Source of the DNA: a virus
Direction: 5' to 3' (one strand)
Length of the DNA: 64,000 bases
Virus record (IMG/VR): IMGVR_UViG_3300012929_000018
Span: 18,503-82,502 of that record
How positions within the stretch are numbered: the first letter of the stretch is position 1; each line of letters starts with the position of its first letter. Position numbers and translations under genes: made by a program. Positions 18,136 through 24,459 of this stretch are shown here, piece after piece. The notes beneath the pieces are model-generated. The model was given only the letters and a program-made list of their open reading frames with translations. It did not search any database and was not told the DNA's origin.

Positions 18136-18672
18136 ATGAAGAAAGTAATAATCGGAACTCTGTGCAGCGTGGCCCTAGCACTAGGCGCCTATGCGCAGAC
18201 GAATGAGGTAAGCATCAAGCAAAGTGAACGCGGCCCAGCGATGGGTCAACATGAGCGGGTGCAAACCAAAACGGAAATGCGCGGGTCTCCCCGGCAAATC
18301 CATCGCATGCAGCGAGACCAAATCCGAGAAACCGCAGGTGAGAACCGGCGTATCGAGGAGCATGGAAACGCTGTAATTGAGCGCGGCCATCCACGGACTG
18401 AGGTGCGCTCGGAGCAGCGCGTTGAAACCCGCGGTGATCGGTTCTTCTTCTTCGGTGGGCGAGAGCTTCACCGTCGAGGCGACTTCGACCGTAACGACGT
18501 GCACTTCCGCATCGGATTCCACCCTCGATTCTGGTGGACCCAGCACTACACCAACATCGTATTGATCAACGGGTGTTGGTATTACGAGGACGGCGGGTTC
18601 TTCTATCCGGCATACGGATACGACCCTGATTGCAGTTACCCTGACCAAGTGATCTTCTCATTTGGCGACTAA
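18136..18672 (+). CDS. Secreted protein with aromatic-rich C-terminal domain (host-like)
   Basis: Signal peptide MKKVIIGTLCSVALALGAYA; WWTQHY..IVLINGCWYY..GFFYPAYGYDP; strong RBS. Confidence 0.75.
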   Translation: MKKVIIGTLCSVALALGAYAQTNEVSIKQSERGPAMGQHERVQTKTEMRGSPRQIHRMQRDQIRETAGENRRIEEHGNAVIERGHPRTEVRSEQRVETRGDRFFFFGGRELHRRGDFDRNDVHFRIGFHPRFWWTQHYTNIVLINGCWYYEDGGFFYPAYGYDPDCSYPDQVIFSFGD

Positions 18673-18688
18673 GGGCGGCGGTTAGATA

Positions 18689-18727
18689 AGACGCGTAGTT
18701 GGCAGAATCTGTCAGCTACGCGTTTTT
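18689..18727 (+). terminator. Rho-independent terminator
   Basis: ACGCGTAGTTGGCAG-AAT-CTGTCAGCTACGCGT followed by a T tract. Confidence 0.85.
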
Positions 18728-18767
18728 ACTTCTAGCATAATTTGGCTAATTTGTGTATAATTCGCGC

Positions 18768-18845
18768 ACCGGGATAGAGCAGCCTGGCCAGCTCGTCACG
18801 CTCATAACGTGAAGGTCGTGGGTTCAAATCCCACTCCCGGAACCA
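18768..18845 (+). tRNA. tRNA-Met(CAU), initiator-like, with CCA
   Basis: A1:A72 mismatch, GAGC/GCTC D stem, CTCATAA loop, TTCAAAT T loop, ACCA end. TGTGTATAAT extended -10 just upstream. Confidence 0.9.
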
Positions 18846-18850
18846 ATTGT

Positions 18851-19111
18851 ATGCGCTTTATACTACTGTTCTTATTGCTGGTCTCACGCTTGACTTACGC
18901 CGGTGATACCTACGACTGCATCAACTCGAAGGGTGACTACATCAATTACGGACCGCCCGCACCGCCGCGGAACACCTCAATCGTTGGCGCGATCGATTCC
19001 CGCCGATACGACCGGTGGCTCCCGATGTTGAGCCAAGAAGATGAACGCCGCCTGCTGTTTATACAGGCTGCTCGACTGCGCGAATACGCCATTCTTTATG
19101 CCAACCCCTGA
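18851..19111 (+). CDS. Small secreted hypothetical protein
   Basis: Signal-peptide-like MRFILLFLLLVSRLTYA. Confidence 0.5.
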   Translation: MRFILLFLLLVSRLTYAGDTYDCINSKGDYINYGPPAPPRNTSIVGAIDSRRYDRWLPMLSQEDERRLLFIQAARLREYAILYANP

Positions 19112-19340
19112 ACAACGCGATGAAGGCCGCCCCTGTGATTGGGAGCCAGAAGAACACGACCCGATTATGGTGGCCGCAATCAAGCGGCTTACTGATGAAG
19201 TTCAGCGATTGAAGCGTGAGGAACGCGAGAAGGCCATCAATGCCGTCTCGGAACAATGCACCTGCACCGCCCTTTTCACGAACGCCTTATGCCCAATTCA
19301 CGGCCCAGCGTTCACTCGCCACCTCGAAAATAGAAAGTAA
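19098..19340 (+). CDS. Hypothetical protein (CTC...CPIHG Zn-finger-like)
   Basis: Packed ORF with a Cys/His motif. Confidence 0.55.
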   Translation: MPTPEQRDEGRPCDWEPEEHDPIMVAAIKRLTDEVQRLKREEREKAINAVSEQCTCTALFTNALCPIHGPAFTRHLENRK

Positions 19341-19342
19341 CT

Positions 19343-19603
19343 ATGCCCTCCCTCGTATCCGTATCCGAAGCAACCCGAGCCATTCAAAGCCCGTTGTTGC
19401 GCGCCATTGAAACCGTCGTCTCCGAAGAGATTGAAAAAGTCATCGAAGACGCGAAACGCAAAGTCGAGCAGAGAGTTCGCGGTGAAGTCGGTGCCATAGC
19501 CGCCCGTGTCCTTGAGAAGTTCAGCTTCGAGAGGCTGGGGCAGGAGTTAGTGATTCGTGTTGAATTCCCTGGCGCTAAGAGTAAGCTGCCGGGTGATCTG
19601 TAA
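19343..19603 (+). CDS. Hypothetical protein
   Basis: AGAAAG upstream; helical 86-aa ORF. Confidence 0.6.
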   Translation: MPSLVSVSEATRAIQSPLLRAIETVVSEEIEKVIEDAKRKVEQRVRGEVGAIAARVLEKFSFERLGQELVIRVEFPGAKSKLPGDL

Positions 19604-19886
19604 ACCCGTAACCCCGATCCTCGAATGCCCGGTTTGTCCGGCGACGTGGGATCTGGGAAAGGTAGGAGTTCGCGGGCTCGATTATCAAGTGCCGATGCAT
19701 GTCCGAGTTCAATTTCGGGCACCGGCGATTCTCTGCGCGGGCTCGCACAAGAAGCTTCCGCTAACCTTTTACGACGCCGCGCCGTTGTCTCATGGCGAGC
19801 CACTGGCCTAACCGCCGGTGCGTGAACTGAGACAAGTTGGCTCCCTACGTTGGAGAGCGACTTTCTGTCTCACTGGCGATTAAGGT

Positions 19887-19958
19887 GTGACCGTAGCTCA
19901 ATTGGCAGAGCCCTCGGTTGTGGACCTTGAGGTGCGAGTTCGATCCTCGTCGGTCACC
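19887..19958 (+). tRNA. tRNA-His(GUG), degenerate (possible pseudo-tRNA)
   Basis: GTGACCG/CGGTCAC acceptor, C73, TTGTGGA loop. Anticodon stem CTCGG/CCTTG has two mismatches; T instead of G at -1; followed by CCT rather than CCA. Confidence 0.7.
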
Positions 19959-19970
19959 CCTTAGTCGCTC

Positions 19971-20001
19971 ACCTTCGGGTTTTTATAGGAAAAAATTTTT
20001 T
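19971..20001. repeat. T-tract/A-tract motif, copy 1 of 3 (others 32862-32890, 36794-36825)
   Basis: ACCTTCGGGTTTTTATAGGAAAAAATTTTTT vs ACCTCGGTTTTTTGAGGGAAAAAATTTTT vs ACCTCGGGTTTTTTGGGAGCAAAAAATTTCT. Confidence 0.7.
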
Positions 20002-20102
20002 AACCTCCCCTCATCACCTACACACCTGCACGTGCGGGGGCCCGCGGGGGTAGGGGTGGGTCTGCTTCTGGGAGCAGGCATAAGCGCGCTCGCGTGATGC
20101 CT

Positions 20103-20115
20103 GCGCATAATGCGC
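20103..20115 (+). promoter_or_regulatory. GCGCATAATGCGC palindromic promoter/operator motif, copy 1 of 7
   Basis: Other copies at 20688, 20886, 22711, 32005, 33559, 36860. All are intergenic or at gene ends and lie upstream of a purine-rich RBS. Confidence 0.8.
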
Positions 20116-20128
20116 GGGAGATGGTCGA

Positions 20129-20671
20129 ATGAAAATCACACGAACAAGTCCATCGCTCAAACAATCGAACATCAATCACGTGTGCGAGAGCGCACGTATG
20201 CACGGTCGAACACGCTCGCCTCATTGGAGTTGGAACGCCGAAGCAGAAGTCAATTCCCTACGGGAAAACCGGCACGATTTCAGAATGCCGAAGGCATTAG
20301 ACCGGAAAGCCCAAGGCAAATGGGTGAACGAATACACGCCTAAGGTGCAGCCCTGCGACGGTGTAACCGTGACGCCTGTAAAGGGAAACAGGGTTGCATG
20401 GCTGAGTGAGGAACAAACTAAACGTTTCAAAATCACAATCACGAATGACGCAGGCGTTGAAGAACAGGCACGCATGAGCATGAAATTCACCACCTTAGCA
20501 ATTCTTACTTACGGAAAAGTAGTAGAATTTGTTCGCTGCCACCGCGGCGTAAACGTGCGTGACATGCGCACAGACACGCTCAGATCACCCGCGTATGTCA
20601 CCGCTGAAATTCGCCGCTTAATTCCGGTTAATGCGGAACAAGCGATTGAGCAGCTATTCGCGACTGAATAG
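20129..20671 (+). CDS. Hypothetical early protein
   Basis: Directly follows motif copy 1 and GGGAG; start may lie downstream. Confidence 0.55.
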   Translation: MKITRTSPSLKQSNINHVCESARMHGRTRSPHWSWNAEAEVNSLRENRHDFRMPKALDRKAQGKWVNEYTPKVQPCDGVTVTPVKGNRVAWLSEEQTKRFKITITNDAGVEEQARMSMKFTTLAILTYGKVVEFVRCHRGVNVRDMRTDTLRSPAYVTAEIRRLIPVNAEQAIEQLFATE

Positions 20672-20687
20672 CACGCACATCACGCTT

Positions 20688-20700
20688 GCGCATAATGCGT
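20688..20700 (+). promoter_or_regulatory. GCGCATAATGCG(T) motif copy 2
   Basis: One mismatch; followed by GAAGAAAG and ATG 20716. Confidence 0.75.
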
Positions 20701-20715
20701 GTGAAGAAAGTAACC

Positions 20716-20850
20716 ATGAAAAACAAATTATCTGAAATCCTGTTCGATCTGAGTGAGCGCCTGCCTAAATGCCTGAACGCATTAGCGTGGACGCTCGACC
20801 GTGTGAGCCGCGCTATGGTAGCGAATAGCGTTGACTCAATCGGACTTTGA
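20716..20850 (+). CDS. Small hypothetical protein (44 aa, MKNKLSEILFDLSERLPKC...)
   Basis: Manual translation; motif plus RBS upstream. Confidence 0.55.
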   Translation: MKNKLSEILFDLSERLPKCLNALAWTLDRVSRAMVANSVDSIGL

Positions 20851-20885
20851 CTGTCACACGCCTTCGAGCGCAGCGCGCTATGTGT

Positions 20886-20898
20886 GCGCATAATGCGC
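20886..20898 (+). promoter_or_regulatory. GCGCATAATGCGC motif copy 3
   Basis: Exact copy, immediately before structured RNA A. Confidence 0.8.
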
Positions 20899-21386
20899 TC
20901 GAAGGAAGTGACCGCCAGTCGGTTGCTCGGAAATGAGCGAAGCAGAGTAGCGAGTGAATGAAAGCGGGTAGTCGCATGAGTCGCCACAGCGTCAATCTCA
21001 TGTGTAAGCTGCGAATAGCTCGTGAGGGTAGCTACAAGCGTGTTCTAGTCCGGAAAATTAACCATCCGGTTTCGTAAGGGTGTTCAATGATGCTACACCC
21101 ACGGTGAGGCCCGAACAAACGGGTGCGTAGAAGCGAGTTGGCTCTCGTGGAACGCATCACGCAAAAGCCTGATCGTCGGATATTAAAAACCAAATTCAAC
21201 ACGCATACGAGTGACGCGACGTTATTCGTAGATGGCTGCGCGACGCAGCTATCAGCGTGCAGCCCTGTGGCCCTGCTACAATGTTCCAGAATACGCGTGA
21301 TGCGTAGGACGGCAGCATTTCAGGGACACTAGCCAGTGCATCTCACACGTGACGTGTGACGTGTTACAGGGTTGCAATCTGATACC
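20899..21386 (+). ncRNA. Large structured ncRNA candidate A (~490 nt)
   Basis: No credible ORF. More than 10 helices, including the 11-bp ACGCATCACGC/GCGTGATGCGT enclosing a three-way junction with two 10-bp hairpins. Confidence 0.7.
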
Positions 21387-21815
21387 ATGAGTGATTTAAC
21401 CATTCAAGCGAACGGTCAGGCTCTAACGCTCGGAAACTTCGGCGGGGTCACTAAACCCGACTTCCGAACGAAAAACGCGAAGGAGTATCTGTCCGCGCAT
21501 TTCGGTGTCACTGTAGTCAAAGGCATGAAAATGCCTGACGTGAAAGCGGCTGTCCTCGCGACGGGCGTTACGGAAGCGAATTTCAAACTCGCCCGTAAAA
21601 CCTACGACGGGAACAAGCAACAGTATCACGTCGAGTGCCGCAAAGTGACGGCGCTTCTCGCGGCTGACCCGAATTATCGGCAGTCCATTCGCAAGATGAA
21701 AACGGGTGCGGTTGTGACGTTCCGTAAAATCGGGGCCGTTGCTGCCAAGCAATCTGCCGCCGCCCGTATCGCGCAGTTGGAAGCGAAGCTCGCAGCGGCG
21801 GGCATCGCGGCCTAA
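21387..21815 (+). CDS. Basic Lys/Ala-rich protein (142 aa) between two structured RNAs
   Basis: Clean ORF, many K/R residues, C-terminal coiled-coil-like AAARIAQLEAKLAAA. Confidence 0.8.
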   Translation: MSDLTIQANGQALTLGNFGGVTKPDFRTKNAKEYLSAHFGVTVVKGMKMPDVKAAVLATGVTEANFKLARKTYDGNKQQYHVECRKVTALLAADPNYRQSIRKMKTGAVVTFRKIGAVAAKQSAAARIAQLEAKLAAAGIAA

Positions 21816-22326
21816 TCGCGTCGGCGCGACTTCGGAGTGTGAATGTCTGTGGGTGCGCAAGCGCCCACAGCAATTCGCTCTCACCTAAGGTGAACAGCTA
21901 GGCATACGCTATGAAAACAGTGCGGCTTTAGGGAACGATAGCGAAGAAAAGTGGCGAAGCGTAAATCGGGTTGGCCCGTAAAGCCTAACGATCAGGCGCG
22001 CGCAAGTCGCACCCCGCGACTAGGCCCCAAACGGCGAAAGCACGTTGCAACGTGCCCGCTGCGTTGGTCAGCGGCGGGTGTGCGGCGCATGTTGAGTGCT
22101 CAGTCAGGCTGGGTGGAAGTAGGCGCGTGAACATGACGCGCGCTGAGAAGCGGCGGGCCAAAAGCTCGCAAAATAGGCCCATGCTGCCGCGCGGTGGCAT
22201 GTGACGCACCCGGCCTGACTGCGCACAAGCGTAGTAGATGTGATTTCGGTTACAGCTAGTTCTTTGAATTACAACTAAGATTACGTTCTCACTGGCACGC
22301 TGGCTCTGCCTAAACCAGCACAATTT
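21816..22326 (+). ncRNA. Large structured ncRNA candidate B (~510 nt)
   Basis: More than 12 helices, including the 15-bp CAGTCAGGCTGGGTG/CACCCGGCCTGACTG closing a multibranch loop of four hairpins. GNRA loops (GCAA, GAGA). Confidence 0.75.
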
Positions 22327-22521
22327 ATGAACCATGCAATGACACCACGCGAAAACTATCGCCCTTATACGCCTGCGGAAATCCAGGCTATTCGTGCGGC
22401 CGGGCGCATCACGCGCGCCGCGCGATGGGACTGCGCCAACCTCGAACAAAGGATGGAAATGCACCCTGAATTGAACCCGAACAAGCGGTGGTTTGAGCAG
22501 AAGGCGTGGAAACTACTATGA
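22327..22521 (+). CDS. Hypothetical protein
   Basis: Packed small ORF. Confidence 0.55.
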   Translation: MNHAMTPRENYRPYTPAEIQAIRAAGRITRAARWDCANLEQRMEMHPELNPNKRWFEQKAWKLL

Positions 22522-22718
22522 CCATCGAAGTAAAACGAGACGGAAAGACGGTCTGCACGATCATCAAAGGCTCGGGCAGAATTAGCAGCGACAAGCTGAA
22601 ATTGCTCGCGATCAGATATAACGCGGGCCATTTAAGCACTTTCAACGATATGCGCGAGGTAGTTCGACAGGCGAAAGTCATTCGCTTGGAGAAAGCTCTC
22701 GCGGTAATGTGCGCATAA
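22518..22718 (+). CDS. Hypothetical protein
   Basis: Overlaps the previous stop; ends within motif copy 4. Confidence 0.55.
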   Translation: MTIEVKRDGKTVCTIIKGSGRISSDKLKLLAIRYNAGHLSTFNDMREVVRQAKVIRLEKALAVMCA

Positions 22719-22723
22719 TGCGC
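22711..22723 (+). promoter_or_regulatory. GCGCATAATGCGC motif copy 4
   Basis: Exact copy upstream of GAAAGGA RBS and ATG 22756. Confidence 0.8.
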
Positions 22724-22755
22724 GCGAAGCAGATAACCAACAACGAAAGGAAACC

Positions 22756-22947
22756 ATGAAACACACCATCACACTGACAAAGGACAAAGAGACGAAGAAC
22801 AAAATTCGTTTCTCGAACGAACCCACCGACGCGATTAGCGGAAGCTTATACATCGCGAAGGAACTCGTCGGCAACGTGAATGCGATTCAGTTCGCAATCG
22901 AGTTGCCCGAGGTTGCGGTGACTGCTCCGACTCCGGTCGAAGCGTAG
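22756..22947 (+). CDS. Hypothetical protein (KETKNKIRF...GSLYIAK)
   Basis: Strong RBS. Confidence 0.7.
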   Translation: MKHTITLTKDKETKNKIRFSNEPTDAISGSLYIAKELVGNVNAIQFAIELPEVAVTAPTPVEA

Positions 22948-22997
22948 TTGATACGCAGCGCCCCGTGTGATAACGTGGGCGTTGCAATCAGTTACGT

Positions 22998-23073
22998 TGT
23001 AAGGTAGCTCAGTTGGTAGAGCAGGCGCCTGTTAAGCGCCGCGTCGTAGGTTCGACTCCTACCCTTACAGCCA
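22998..23073 (+). tRNA. tRNA-Asn(GUU) with CCA
   Basis: Canonical cloverleaf: TGTAAGG/CCTTACA, GGCGC CTGTTAA GCGCC, GTAGG TTCGACT CCTAC, G73 CCA. Confidence 0.95.
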
Positions 23074-23077
23074 ACAC

Positions 23078-23148
23078 ACAGGGGGCGAAGGCAGTAGCGC
23101 GAACTCCAAATCCGCGTGTGATGAGTTCGATTCTCATACCCTGTGCCA
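23078..23148 (+). tRNA. tRNA-Trp(CCA) with truncated D-arm
   Basis: ACAGGG/CCCTGT acceptor, CTCCAAA loop, ATGAG TTCGATT CTCAT, G73 CCA. Only 14 nt between acceptor and anticodon stems. Confidence 0.7.
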
Positions 23149-23176
23149 CTTTTTGACTAGGTTGGTTGCGCAACAA

Positions 23177-23268
23177 TGACCTGCACCTTGCATCGCGGTA
23201 GCCGTTGCAGCGGTGGAACGAAGTAAGAGCGTTGTTGTCGATGGTCCGATTCCATCGCTGGTCACCCA
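23177..23268 (+). ncRNA. tRNA-like RNA with 8-bp acceptor, T-arm and CCA end
   Basis: TGACCTGC/GCTGGTCA, GATGG-TCCGATT-CCATC, C-CCA end. Oversized first arm and no canonical anticodon loop. Confidence 0.55.
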
Positions 23269-23272
23269 CTTT

Positions 23273-24432
23273 ATGAACGAGACAGACGAACGCCTGCAAA
23301 GGCAATGGGCGCAGATTGAGAGCAATCGACGCGCCGACAAGATCGTGCGCCGTCGTAAGATCGCGCAAGTCACGGGCGGCTGTGACCGCTGCCCGCCTCA
23401 CGCGAAGGAGAACGCGCGCCTCAAAGGGCGTAAGCCGCGCGAGGATAAGCACAAGAATCACCGCACGGTTAAGTGGAGTAGCCACCATTCCGTGCCTATT
23501 TACTAATTTATGAACAGAGGAAACAGACAGGCGGACATACAGTTCCGCGATATGCTGTGGCGTTACGACCCACGGTCAATCGAAAGCGATACACCCACGG
23601 CCGAGTGGACGTGTGCGCCCGAACCTAAGTGCGTTGTCGCACGTAGTTTGGGTGAAAGTAGAGTTGTGAACGCACGGGGCGTTCGCAGAGCAGCATGAGT
23701 TGGGAAACAATCGGGTGGCTATTGACGATACCGGGATGGTGCGTTATAGGCATCACAGCAATCATCAAACTATGCAAACCACAATAGAAACGCTCCCTAA
23801 GCGCCGCGGCGTTGTCGCGCGAGCTAACGGGATTACGGATAGCTACGGCAAGCAATATATTCGCATGAGCGATGGTAGCTTGCGCAAATTAAACGCAGTT
23901 ACTGAGCCGCAACAGCCGCTCGTTCTCGGTGGGTTCGAGGTATGAGTGAGATTCACACAGATGAGTGGAAGCATCGCCGTGACACGTTGGTCGGATTCGT
24001 GATTATGTGCAATAACAACAATTGCTCTAATCGCCCATTCGATGACGCGCGCAGCGTGCGACCTGTGATCACCTGTGAAAACGTGCTCGAAGCAATGCGC
24101 GAGCGCATGCCGGACATTACGGCAGCGCAGCGTGTGGATTTCGTGCATGTCGCGAAGGGATTCATACCAATCAAGTAGGAGACAAAACTATGGCAAATCG
24201 ACAGACAAGGTGGTTGCTCGCCCACGGGCGCGGCACCAAAAACGTGGTGGGCAGCAGCCCAGCGCGTGCAGAGCATATTGACCGCCCGCTATTTCATGGC
24301 GTGACGTGCAATACTGCGAACAAGAAAACCAAGCCGCGTGACTCACTCGGCAAGTTGCGGACGTTGAGCAGCAAGCGAGTGCTCGACAAGCGCATCACGG
24401 CTTACGCGGTCAATCCAATTTACGCATCATGA
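23273..24432 (+). other. Cluster of five small hypothetical ORFs (23273-23506, 23510-23698, 23772-23945, 23942-24178, 24190-24432)
   Basis: Tightly packed co-oriented ORFs; several are Arg/Lys-rich. Confidence 0.55.
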
Positions 24433-24459
24433 AGCCGCCGTTCTGGATTTTCTACCAAG

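Noticed and set aside
20908-20961. 17-codon GTG micro-ORF after motif copy 3
   Set aside because: RBS-to-start spacing is too short and the start lies within a hairpin. Cannot be supported.
20899-22326. tmRNA, RNase P RNA, or group I/II intron as the identity of the large RNAs
   Set aside because: No tRNA-like T-arm/CCA end, no GAGGAAAGUCC, no recognisable domain V or P7 core by eye, and no interrupted host gene. Only a covariance search can fully exclude them.
21985-22464. 159-aa minus-strand ORF over RNA B
   Set aside because: Antisense to the transcription unit, no RBS, low-complexity composition. Likely a by-product of GC-rich helices.
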